A stretch of 64,000 nt of DNA from Octopus bimaculoides. Lineage: Eukaryota. The DNA is taken from the NCBI RefSeq assembly GCF_001194135.2, contig NC_068984.1, forward strand, positions 90,638,890-90,702,889. Direction: 5' to 3'. The translations under genes and the position numbers were made by a program. The notes under the pieces are model-generated. The model did not search any database, was not told the origin of the DNA, and saw only the letters and a list, made by a program, of their open reading frames with translations. Shown piece after piece: positions 12,466 to 24,525 of this stretch. Numbering within the stretch: position 1 is the first letter of the stretch; each line of letters begins with the position of its first letter.

Positions 12466-14075
12466 GTATGTACATGATGGCTCTCAAGCTGTTGCTGTCA
12501 AGGTTGAGTGGCATCCCCAGAGAGCCAGGATGTGGAGAGTTTGTTTCAGCTTATGCAGATGACATTACCATCAGTGTGACCAAAATAGAACACCTACAGG
12601 AGGTAGGCAAGGCTATTGAGGCTTACAAGACGGTGGCAGAAGCAAAGATTAACCAGGAAAAGTTGGTCAGCTTGCAACTCGGCACCTGGAGGGTAAGTCG
12701 ATGCCTTCAGACAGTGTCGTAGGACATTGGACGGAGGGACCAGTTAAGTTGCTAGGGGTCTAGTTTGGTCCGGATCTCCAGGTAGAGAAGAACTGGGCTG
12801 AGGTTTCAAGCAAGGTGGCCTGCTTAGTCAAGACCTGGTCTTGGCAGTGGCTATCCCTGAAAGGGAGGGCAGAAGTGGCCAATGTGTTTATTTATCGCAT
12901 CAGTCATTACCTACTACCTAACCGTCGTTCCTTGCCCGGATTCATGGTTGACCAAGTTGGAAAGACAACTCTTTCGTTTTTTGTGGAGGGGCTCGAAGCC
13001 ACTTGTAAGACACTCTATTTGTTGTCAAAGGCCGTTAAAGGGAGGACTAGGGATGCCTTGGTTGTTGATGCGCAAACATGTGCTGAGGTTGGGGCATCTC
13101 TGGATTCTCCTGGATGGTGAACAGGTGTGGTTTCCACTGGCAAAACAGATGTTTCCCTCGTTCGCTAGTTTTTCTAGATAAGACTGGTGCTTTCGTAGAT
13201 CAAGGTTGAGGGAGTGGCATACAGAGTGTCATAAGGCCCTATAGCTGTTCCGTCGCTGGGGTAATGCCAGCGGTGGAGGTTCTACAGCATTTTTCTATAG
13301 AGGGTTGATAAAGGCTGAATGTGACGATGTCCTGGGGAAGACTCTGGGTCTCGGGTATATTCAACTTGACAGCCTGTTCTTTCATACATTTGGGTTGAGG
13401 ACGCAGATAACTTCCAAAAGTCCTTGACCTGGCAATGTTAAAGAGGTACCTTACTCGTTCGGGATAAGCTTGCAAGACATGGTCAATGCAACTCACTGAC
13501 CTGTCCAAGATGTGGGCAGGCTAGGGAAACCATCTCGCACACTATTGTTCAGTGTCCCAAGGTGTCGGAGATGTGGGCTTATGCAGAACATCTGTTGTCT
13601 GGTGCAGGAAGAGTACAGCTGTCGACTGAGTCAATTATGAAAATTGACCCACCTGAATTTTTGTCAAATGAAGGTAAGAATTGTTTTCTCACCATAGTAG
13701 CAATAGCAAAAGAGGTGGTATGGAAGACAAGGTTGAAAGGAGCAAAGGCAGGCAGCTTCCTCTCTGGCCTCGCCTTACAAAGGTATTTAGCTTTTCATTT
13801 GAAAAGGAAAGTGAAGCTGGAGAAGAAGTGTCTGTCAGAGAAAATGTTTGATGAAAGATGGAAGTATGTAGCACAAGTGTTTTGAGTGGATGTAACCGTG
13901 TGAATACGCCGTAAAGTGTCTAATAAAGTATCAATGGTGGATTGGGGCTCATGGGGTCGGAGCTGAACCCAAACGCCATTCCATTTGTTTTGTCATTTGT
14001 TTGTATTCCATTCAATGATATAATTTCACGTTAAAATTATAAATGCATTTCTTTGTTAAATCATACCATGTATCT
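12466..14075 (+). mobile_element. 5'-truncated Tx1/L1-clade LINE (RT C-half and CCHC finger), pseudogenised
   Basis: Frameshifted ORFs give SAYADDIT (RT YADD), KINQEK, LSLKGRAEV, FRFLWRG, KGGLGMP and CPRCG...ET..H....CP. This motif order is typical of L1/Tx1 ORF2. Confidence 0.85.
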
Positions 14076-15525
14076 CACTCCAAATCAAATTGTGCTGTCT
14101 CCATCAATGTTGGCCCCTGGTGGGCAATAAAGAATTAATGGATCACACATTGAAGAGAACAGAATTATGGGATTTATATTTACACACAGCAATTGTGGAT
14201 TACTGCAGAGGATTTTACCACGGATGTATATTATTTCTTCAAACTTTTTAGCACAAGATTGTACCAACNNNNNNNNNNNNNNNNNNNNNNNNNNNNNNNN
14301 NNNNNNNNNNNNNNNNNNNNNNNNNNNNNNNNNNNNNNNNNNNNNNNNNNNNNNNNNNNNNNNNNNNNATATATATATATATATATACATACATATATTC
14401 GCACACACAGACATACATACATACATTTACACACGCACACATGCACAAACATACACACACATATATGTATGTATATAAATCATAAATACATGCATAACTT
14501 AATATACATATAAACAAACAAAACCACAGCCAATTAATTTATATTAGCCTAGTCATAGATTCTTACACATAAAAGAATTTCAAGCAACAAAACATCCGTT
14601 TATTCATTTAAGGACAGAACTAACCATATTCTCATGTCCATACAAATTCAAACATATAGTCACAAATATGTATTTAGGTACATGAGACAGTAATTATAGG
14701 CCTATGTTGCCTTCTTTCATTGCTTTCAGCATATATTAGGGTAGTATAGTTGTCATGAATCAATTCTGATATATAAGTGTTTTTAATATCTTTTAAAACC
14801 AAAACAAAGGAAGTTATAAGAAATTATTTATACAGGTGGATGGTTTGTATTTTTACCTGGTATTTCAATATTTTGGGCTTGGGATCCCTTCTGTAGGAAA
14901 TCTATGGTGTTGTTAGCCAACAACACCTTCTCCAAAGATTTAGTGAAAAAGGTGTCCTAAAGCATGAAATATTAAAATACCAGGTAAAAATATGCTACCC
15001 CATTCTTCCAATCCTATCTCTTCACTTTTGTGGCTCTGTCTACTGCACTGTTACACTACCACATCACTCTTTGTCTGGATGGAACTTTGCACCAGCCGCA
15101 GAATAGGTTTGTCACCCTCATTAGGTGGCCCTCTACATTACACAGCTCTTCTTTCTTGTCAAATGCTTCTCTAAATTTCTGACAATTCACTGAATCTCTA
15201 AGCTTCCATAACTTTTTTCCAGACTGGATTGTATCTCTGAGTCCTTTTAGTTCTATGTCTGAAGTTATTAGCCATGAACCTATATTGCGTGGTACACTCG
15301 TCACCCACAAGGGACTTGCGTATCCTGCTTTTTGCCTGTCAAGCTGGCCTGTGTAGCTATCAGATTGATGGGTGATTAGACAACTGTGTGAATAATTTTT
15401 TATAACTTGCATTGTTTTGGTTTTATAAGAAATATTAAAAACGTATGCGTATGTATGTGTGTGTGTATGTATGTGTATATATATNNNNNNNNNNGCATAT
15501 ATATATATATATATATATATACATA

Positions 15526-16370
15526 CGTGGTCTAATCAATAAGTATCTAGATTGATACCATAGTAATGATGCAAAAGCAGGTAGACTGAAGCCGCTTAGC
15601 ACAGACTGACCTTGAACTTTGCTGTGCATGTGCACTAAGTTTTAATGTTCTAGCTCACTTCCGCTGTTTATAGCAGTGCTTGAAAGGAATGTGTGTAGCG
15701 TGTGATCATCGCATAGACCATGACAGAGAAAGTTGAGCAGAGAATGTGCATCAAGTTTTGTCAAAAGCTTGGTGATACCTGCTCAGAGGGGTACGCAAAA
15801 TTTTCGAAAAGTTTTCATCGTTCTCAACACAATCAAGTAGATCTTGTGCAATTGAAACCCCGAGTGTCTTTTTGGTTAGCTGAAAGTAGTTTTGGCACAA
15901 ACTTGGCAGACACACATCCCATACCCAATCTTCAGTGATAATGAACTGAACTGAATCATAACTAATCTGTACATCCTCTAATAAGTCATGGATGGTGATT
16001 CGACGATTTCCCCTCACAGCTACATGCACTTCCACAATGTTTTTCTCAATTCTGCAAATTGCAGGTCTCCCAGAACGTTCATCACTACCAACGTTTCTTC
16101 GGCCATCTTGTGTGAGGCTCATACACTTTCTACATTGTGTAGGCCTCTGAGCAGGTATCGCCCTAACAACTTTCTCTGTCATGGTCAATGGGATGATCAC
16201 ACATGTTCATTGCAAGCACTGCTGTAAACAGCAGAAGTGAGCTAAGAACATTAAAACTTAGTGCACATGCACAGCAGCATTCAAGGTCAATCTGTGCCAA
16301 GCATCTTCACTCAGCATGTTTTAGCCTTGTTACTATGGCAACAGTCTGGATACTTATTGATCAAAGCTTG
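15526..16370. mobile_element. Mariner-derived fold-back element (two inverted 5' ends)
   Basis: TA-flanked. Termini CGTGGTCTAATCAATAAGTATC / GATACTTATTGATCAAAGCTTG. + strand encodes MTEKVEQRMCIKFCQKLGDTCSE; - strand encodes SDERSGRP...RRITI...VSIAQDLLDCVENDENF. Confidence 0.9.
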
Positions 16371-16383
16371 TATATATATATGT

Positions 16384-16416
<33 letters not shown>

Positions 16417-17719
16417 CACATACACACACACATATAAGCACAACCAATCAAATCCTCTACTGGAGTAGTAACATGTCCCAACTTAAAAAGATATATAAAA
16501 ATTTCAGATATGCAAATAGAACATACACGCAAAATATAGAGATATATTAATCTTCAAAAGATACACTCGCCTGTCTATATAATTTTAATCTATACCTTCA
16601 AAAATATGAACCAACACACTTTCAAGTACCAAGTTTCATCATCATTCAATTGGAAGACTGTATTGTGCTTCAGTGACTGCTTTAGTATGGTTTCTCTGGC
16701 TGGGGGTCTTTCCTACCACTAACCACTTTACAGAGTGTGCCAGATACTTTTCTCATGACACCAGTACTAGTGGGATTGCCAAGAAATTAGTATGACAAAG
16801 AAATGATTCCTGACTGTGTGGGGTTGTAGTAAATAGGGAGGTGGTTTTATGTCAGGGGTTAAGAGGCTAAATTATGACGAAGGGACAGGCCCAGGTGTCA
16901 TGTTATAGAGGAGATACATGGCTACCCAACATTATATAAGGGCGAATGGGAGTTGCTGGAAAGAAGACAATGATGGTGGAGATGACATGACAGAGGGTAC
17001 CTTCAAGGTACAAGAAGGGTACAAGGGAGAATCAGGAAGGGTGGGTAGATAAGTTCATTAGAGTATAAGAGGAGAGTGATAGATAGTTACAGATGAAGAT
17101 AGAAGTGAACATAGTGAATGGAGCAAGGGCAGAGATGTGGTTGCAGGTAAATGTCAGTGTGGTAATGAAAGTGACTCAAGAAGGAGATGATAAGTAGTGT
17201 AGAGGAAGGGAGGAGAGCAGCAGTATAACCAATATGTAAGTAGATCAGAAAATATGTAGGAGAAGGAGAGGCACAGTGACAGAGATGGATGCCAGGGGTA
17301 TGTAGGGGTATGTGGCTATAGTGCATAGGGAATGAAAATGGCGGAGAGGCCATTGATGGCAGGTGTGCAAGGGTGATGAGAATGATAGCAGATAGGAGAA
17401 GGTGTTAAAGATAAGGCAATGGCAGTCCTAAGATGTATTTCAGGAAAGCGCAGAAAGAGATGTTCAGTGGAAATAAAGTAGGAAAGGATGATATTGAGAA
17501 TGAGGGATGAATTTTAAAAGGAAATGATTCTAGAGAGAGGCAAGGTAACTAGTAAAGAGGATGAAATATATGCATATTCTGCTCCCATATGATTATAGCA
17601 GCTGGATATGGTAAGGTGGGTGTTCAGAAGGTGAGAAGTGAGGAAGGCTTGATGGGGACAGACTGGGTGCAAGGGCAGGACCAAGCAAGTGTACTGGCAT
17701 AAACAATGTTTTCAGGACC

Positions 17720-17965
17720 TCACTTTCATTAATTTGAACACAGCAAATTTTTAGTCATCTTGGTCCTTTTTCATCTATTCCATGAGGATCTACATCTTCA
17801 GATCAGCCTTCGCCAGATCATTCTGTATCTTCCCAAGACTCCCTCTTTCATAAGTTACATCTACATTTAGTGATCAGTACTTCTTTTATACCAGTCCTCA
17901 TCAATATGTTTCATCAGCCATACCATTAGTCATCTCTCTTGCACACTATATCAGGCCCAAATTTT
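17720..17965 (-). mobile_element. Decayed RTE LINE 3' fragment
   Basis: Reverse complement GTGCAAGAGAGATGACTAATGGTATGG resembles the VQERRLRWYGH segment of the better-preserved copies at 35575-36140 and 63105-63460. Confidence 0.5.
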
Positions 17966-18359
17966 GGTATCATTTGATTCTTTGGCCCACAGGATTTTCA
18001 CTAAAAAAAAAAAAACTTTGATTTTTGTGTGGAATCAAGCACTCTGACCTCCTAATATGCTGCAAGCCCCTTATTTCTGGTCCGAAAAACAGGGCGGAGT
18101 GAGGTAGAAGCCTCGGAAATTTCACCAACCTCCAACCACCCCCATTCATCTTTTCACGGTTTTCACTAAAAAAAGGAAAAAATAGGAGATCAGGGTACTT
18201 GATTCAACACAAAAAATCTGAGTATTTTTCTTAATGAAAACTGTGTGGGTGAAAAGATCAATGGGGGTGGAGGTGAAATTTCCAAGGCTTCCAACTCACC
18301 CAAAACCATTTTCCAGACCCATGGGAATTTGTATTTGTTAATGACATTGTCCTCATTGC

Positions 18360-18890
18360 TGAATCAGTAGTAGAATTAGTGAGGAAGTTTCAGAACAGAA
18401 GCAAAACATGGAATCAAAAGGTCTTAACGTTAACTGAGCAAAGATTGAAGTTTTAGTAAGTAGGAAAACAGGCTTGGTCATGCTACTATCAGGGAAATGG
18501 CCTTGCTCACTATGTAGAAAAGGAGTAGATAAAAATTCCATATTTTGTACCCAATGCAGACTACTGACTCACAAGAGACACAGGTTAACAGAGAAAACAG
18601 ACTCTATATGTGACAGATGGACTGGAGCAATAAACACTAAGAGCACACATAAAATAGATGCTCTCAAATGCCCAAAAGGATTCCTAGAGGTAATAGACTG
18701 TTTCTGTTACCTAGGTAATCTAATTAAGAATAGTGGAAGCTGTTCTGAAATTAAGCCAGAGAAACAGGCTAGAGAAAGTTCAGAGGGTTATTACTACTTT
18801 TAATAACAAAAAGATTCTGACTGGAAGTGAAAAGTAGACTGCATGATGCTGATGTATGAACTGTTATGTTACAGTGAGTTATGAGCCCTA
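18360..18890 (+). mobile_element. Decayed RTE LINE internal fragment
   Basis: Encodes GKWPCSLCRKGVDKNSIFCTQC and LEVIDCFCYLG (RT-thumb F.YLG motif). Confidence 0.7.
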
Positions 18891-20084
18891 AATACAAACA
18901 ACCACTCAGACAATTGCATCTCTCTCCTGAGCCACTTCCTATTGACACTCATTCCCATTTCTTACCACTGGCACACCTTCCTACTCATATTTACCACTGA
19001 CCACTCTTGCAACTTTTAACCAAACTCCTCATCTCTTTAATGCTCATCCCCCCATCATTCTCAAATCTATTGTATGATATTGCTGCTGTAGGTAATAAAA
19101 GCAGAACCTGCCTCTACTTCACGATATCATATCAACATTTCTGTGCTGTTAGTCACTACTCCCTCTTCTTTGAGGTGAACTTCAAGTATCTCTTGTTTGA
19201 GCTACTCACAATTCACATCTTTCTTTCATTCTTATCATCATTCCTCAACCCATATTTACCATCAACTCTTGTTTCACTACACTTTTCTCCATTATACTTG
19301 AGATACTATGCTTCTATCCATCCCCCACTCCTGCTCACCATTCACTACATTCATCCTCTATATACATCTGGACACCTCCATCTCATGATTCTATTCAACC
19401 CTCACTCTACCCCCACATATATACAACCTTACCCATTCCTCCTGACTCTTCAGTCTCCACACTCTTTCCTATTCACCATTTAGGACATGTTAGCTTGAGG
19501 GTATGTTCTGGAATTTCATCTCCATCATATTTACTTCTATTTAAGACAACACTCCAGCCACCCATCCACAAAGTAATCACCCGATCTCTTATTTTTTCCC
19601 CTCTGAATCAAAGGGGGCTCATTTGTCTTGCAAGTTACAACGAAGCCTCTCTAGTGATAGTATCATAAAAAAGTACCCAGTACACTCTGTAAAGTTGTTG
19701 ATATTAGGAAGGACATTCATAGCAAAACTGAGATAGTAGAGTAAGAAGCTTATGTAGATGTAAAAATGATTATATGTACAATACTGTACTACAGAATATA
19801 TCTATAGATTTTAGCCAACACTGTAAGTAAAACAGGAAACACACAGATGTAAACACTTTGTCTTGTGCACTCTTAAGCAAAAAAAATATTTTTGCTTAAA
19901 AGTGCACAAAAAGTATTCTAGGCAGCTAGTTATATGAATTACAGGTGAAGTAATTGTGTTTTGCTTCAATGCAGCAATGATGTTGTAGTACAGAATATAT
20001 CTATTGATTCTAACCAGCACTGTACATAATAGAATAATGTGTGCATGCATGTGAGTGTGTGTGCATGCATGGCAATGCATGTGT

Positions 20085-20139
<55 letters not shown>

Positions 20140-21142
20140 ATCTTTATGGACAGAAAAAGAGGGATTGGTTGAACTAGTTACAATGCTGCACTGGGATTTC
20201 ATTAGTGAGTGAGTATTCTCATTAACTATCATAACAGTGCTTGGTTTCAACGTCACTATATGTACAAATACTGTTGTAATCATATTTGGTTTATTTCTTG
20301 AAGTCAAAATTTTGGTCACACTTTTGTGATCTGGTCACAGACAGGTGTGCTGCAATAAATGAAAATTAGTTGCTGGTGAGTTTTTATAAGCTTCTGCATT
20401 TTCTAATCTTGTCTCCTCACCAACTTTTGTTGAACTTCCAGGCCTAGGGATCTACTCTGTATATGTTAGGTCTTTTGACAATAAATATGCAATAGATTCA
20501 TTATGTCAGATACTTAAAAAAAGGAGAAGAAAAGTAGAAAAATGAAAACTTCTTTAGACCTACAAAAGCTCACCAATAACTGATTTTCCGTAGTTGTATT
20601 AGAATTGTGTTAATGATCGTATATACATATATAAGACGCAAATTTTGACACCTCAAAATGATTAAAATGGAGGTTCCACAATATAACTACTTCAGTTTCA
20701 ACACACAGTTTGAGATCAAGTCACTTAGCAAACAAGTGGAACGCAGAAATATAGATTTTCTAGCACCAATTTTTCACATATATGATGTGTTTTGGAAAAT
20801 ATCCATAATTACATAGCAGACAGACACTTACATTCTCTGGTTAATTAATGTTTCATGTAAAGATTATCAATGTCATTAAAACAATGCAACTGCACACCTG
20901 GGCAAAACAAAAAACAAGGTAAGATAAAATGTTAAAACTTTGTCAAGTTGGAGATATTTTCAAGTTGCAAATCTTCATTTTTCTACAAAGTATATTGCTG
21001 TCAACAAAAAGTAGGTAATGATTAACAAAATTATTTTAGTAGGATATATACACATAAGATAGTCATAAGTGTAATCAAACATGCATAAATACCACGTCAA
21101 AATGAAATAGTAGTTTGTTTCAATACTACAAGTAATACTTAC

Positions 21143-21237
21143 ATCTTTCCTTTGAGTCCATGACTTCAAATGCTGAGCCAAAGACTTAGCTCCAGCTATA
21201 ACATAGTTTGAGGCCTTTCTCCCATCTTCTTCACAAT
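21143..21237 (-). CDS. PHF8: KDM7/PHF8 coding exon 10 (last exon found; ORF still open)
   Basis: TTCTTTGCAG acceptor; (D)CEEDGRKASNYVIAGAKSLAQHLKSWTQRKD; GTAAGT donor, phase 0. 95 nt. Aligns by eye with the PHF8 helix YLV.G.KAL...F..WT.KE. Confidence 0.9.
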
Positions 21238-21533
21238 CTGCAAAGAAATAAAAGTTAATTCAGAGGTTGCTACTTCATTCATTAACACCACCACCATCAC
21301 TGCCACCACCACTTCCAATAATATGGCCACAAGTGAAATACTTCTCATCACAGATGAACTTCATAAAGCTAAATTAGAATTGAGCAAAGACAATATATCT
21401 CTGTTCTCCATACAGTCATGGTCAAGACAAAAGTAAAGTAAAGCATCTTAGTATATCTCTGATTCATATGTGAACTGCTATGCAAAGACTAGTCTCTCTC
21501 TCTCTCTCTCACTCACTCACTCACTCACTCACT

Positions 21534-21575
<42 letters not shown>

Positions 21576-21779
21576 CACTTTCTCCTGAATATCATACAAT
21601 CTGCCCTTCACTCAGAAGCAGAAATCTTGAGTAGCCAATGGAGGTAACAGCTACCAGATGTTTATCCACTCCATTCTTCTTCCACCAGCTTTGTTTTGGG
21701 GACAGCCAACACCACTAACAAGTCACTAAGGTAACAACAAAAGCTAACAGGGAAAAACGCCAAATTGCTAAAGAAAAGA

Positions 21780-22200
21780 ATCAAAAAAAGAATCAAAGAA
21801 AAATACTTTGCACATGTTATATGTTTTGCAATATGAAGATCAGACATGTAAGGTGTTTTGCATTGGTAGACAGTGAACTAGAAAAAATTGAGATGTTATT
21901 GGGGAGAAGTATATACAGACTAATAATGGCACACTCGGTCTCACTGACATTGATAAAAAAGAGTCAAGAAAGTGCTACTGTGAGAGGCTGCAAAATGTAG
22001 AGAAGGAAAGGGAGATGGAGAAAGAAAACCTACTCCATATAGACCTAACAGTGGAACCAGCCATCCAAGTTGACAGCAGTATAGTTGATAGAGCGATAAA
22101 AGATATAAGAGTAAGGAAAGTAGATGGGTCAAGGAGGGTCATTGAGATGCTAAAAAATATTTGGCAAAGTAGGGTACAGGATAGTCAGACAAATAGTAAA
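21780..22200 (+). mobile_element. Decayed RTE LINE fragment (pre-RT region)
   Basis: Encodes EPAIQVDSSIVDRAIKDIRVRKVDGS...IEMLK, similar to the RTE motif AIK.MK.GKA.GP.G...EMLK. Confidence 0.6.
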
Positions 22201-22289
22201 TCACCATGTTTAACACTATTCTTGACCTTAATTGGCTTAGTAAGGATACTACTAACTCAGGCTTCCATGTCATCATGAAAAAAATTTAT

Positions 22290-23960
22290 ATCAACAAAGT
22301 GATCTGAGCAACCCAACTTGATCAGTATTCTCCACCGTTTCAAAAGGCTTTGTCAAGTCCACAAAAGCTTGGCACAAGTTTTGGTGCTGTGCGTAACATT
22401 TTTCTTTGACTTGATGGACCATAATGATTATGCCAACTGTGCCTTTATGGGGCCTGAAACCACATTGTGATTCTGGCAACATCAAGTTTGTTCTATTGTT
22501 CTATCTTGATAAGCTGACTAAGGTCAATATCTTTCCTGTTGCACAGTGCTATTCATCTATAGCATAGGTTCTCAATGTGGGTGCTACCCCCCTCCCCCAT
22601 GAGCATTGAGACAGTCCAGCTGGGCACTGCTACCTAAGGGGATGATGGGGAGGGGCAGTAGAGAAAAAGGAGATGTTGGAAGGAAGACAGTGGATTGGGG
22701 GATGCTATAAATTTATTATAGTATTATTATAGTATTGTATACAAATTATATAATATCATATCAAATATCAAATGATTTATAGTATATATAAATTAGTAAA
22801 ATATAAAATATTTATTTATACATAAAAACAGGTGTGGGGATGCTGAGAGTATTTTGTGGCCATGAGGTGGGCGGTGGCTCAAAAAGTTTGAGAACTTTTG
22901 ATCTATAGTTTCCACATTCTTCTTTGAAGAAAGAGATGGTTCATTTTCGTTGAATATTTTGAATATAGGCAGGGTCTACTCAGGATTCTATATTTAGTAA
23001 CTCATCAAAACATTCCTTCCATCCAGATATGCCATCATAGCAGATTTTGGTCCCAATGTTTGTTTCAGTAAACTATAAAGCACCATTGTGTTTTTTGCAT
23101 CAGCAACTAATCGCATGTCAGTTACCAGTCCCAACTATAAGTTTTCCTGCATACCCTGCAGTTTTTGCCCACTCAAAATTTTCTTCCAACTGAAGATACC
23201 TCTTCTTTGATGTCCCTTTCTTGCAATATTTTGCTACATATCTCATTTTTTTTGGAAAGCACTCTTTTTATAGCCAAGTCATTTTCATCCACTCAGTCTC
23301 TACTTATTGCTGGAGTTGTACCAAGAATTTCATGAGCTGCATTATGAAGTTCATCTTTGACTACATCCTATGATGAGGTGTTGTTTATTGATGCAATACA
23401 TAGTCTTGTAGAGCATCTTGCAGAGTTGGTGAATGCAACTTTCCAACATCTAGACATTTTGGGAGTTTGATTGTATCCAAATTTTTTACAGATGTAGTTT
23501 GGCTTTTACTAAAGCATGGTCAGTCCAGCATTCAGCACTATGCATTGAAAAGGCATTGCAGACATCCAGCATATCTCATCAACAGACACTCACAAGGTCA
23601 GTTAAATGCCACTGAGAGAATCTTGGGTGAATAAGGAAGGTAATTTTTTGGCCATCTCATATCTTTTATCGCTCTATCAATCTTTTCTAGAGCTTTCCAG
23701 AACCTGGGTGAGCAGTGGTATTCCTGAAAAGGGCTACTCAAATACCAATGGAACAACTGCCAAGTCACCACCGCCTAATTTGATGATTAACATCTTTTTA
23801 AATCTACCAAAGGCTGCCTTAGGTGCAGGTCAGTAGTTATATACTTCCAGCTTGTCGGATCATTATGCATCCACACTTTCCTATGGCCAAAGGACTTCCA
23901 AAGTCACCAAGATGTTAAAGGCAATGCCTGTGCTGTAATTGAAAGACAAAAACAGCTTGC
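22290..23960 (-). mobile_element. Decayed RTE (BovB-like) LINE: endonuclease end to RT start
   Basis: LPESQCGFRP...VKEKC..QHQNLCQAFVDLTKPFETV matches the RTE/BovB-type RT motif LPESQCGFR...QEKC.EQ...L...F.DLTKAFDTV. Upstream frames have many stops. Confidence 0.75.
22563..22900. mobile_element. hAT (Charlie-like) MITE with 8-bp target-site duplication
   Basis: TIRs CATAGGTTCTCAA / TTGAGAACTTTTG. Identical ATCTATAG at 22555-22562 and 22901-22908. Confidence 0.85.
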
Positions 23961-24418
23961 ACAACACCACTAAAACTCTCACCTACGAAGACAAATAGTG
24001 CAGAAACAAGCAATAGCAAAATCTCTAGCTTTACAATGAGATGAGTATGATTTCAGAATCTACTTCTCCCAGACATATGCCTTGGGATGTATACAAAAAT
24101 AAGTGGTGTGTGTGTGTATTAGGTAAAAATAAGAAATCAAATGAAAATTATCTTTAACTCTTCACAAGATATGAGCATATAAAATTAAAAAATGGCAAAT
24201 AAAAGAATACAAAAAAACTTTTGCTTCCCAACCATCTGCTTTAAGGTTCAAACCCACCATGTGGCATCTTGGGCAAGTGTCTTCTACTGTAGCCAACTAA
24301 AGCATTGTAAGTAGATTTGGTAGATGGAAACTGAATGAAGCACATCATATGTATATATGCCTATATATGCTTGTGCTTGTATAAAATGTAAATAAAAGAA
24401 AAATGAAATATATTTTAC

Positions 24419-24525
24419 CTTTAAGAATATCCAATACATATTTTGCTGCATACCAACAAATAGTTTCAAAACTAGGAAACAAGTATTTTTCAGGTGTTTT
24501 TACATGTCTTTCAATCTCATAGACC
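24419..24525 (-). CDS. PHF8: KDM7/PHF8 coding exon 9 (post-JmjC helical region)
   Basis: CTTACCCAG acceptor; VYEIERHVKTPEKYLFPSFETICWYAAKYVLDILK; GTAAAA donor. 107 nt. Matches the KDM7 motif YEIE...T...F.FP.FETICWY. Confidence 0.96.

Noticed and set aside
19007-19483. 158-aa + strand ORF
   Set aside because: Low-complexity CT-rich repeat, related to 11560-11760, 29990-30560 and 39200-39480; no domain features.
19440-19560. Minus-strand DEIPEH resembling the expected start of KDM7 exon 11
   Set aside because: Lies in a CT-rich repeat family also seen at about 11700-11760. The nearest AG gives an immediate stop in phase 0, and downstream residues do not match.
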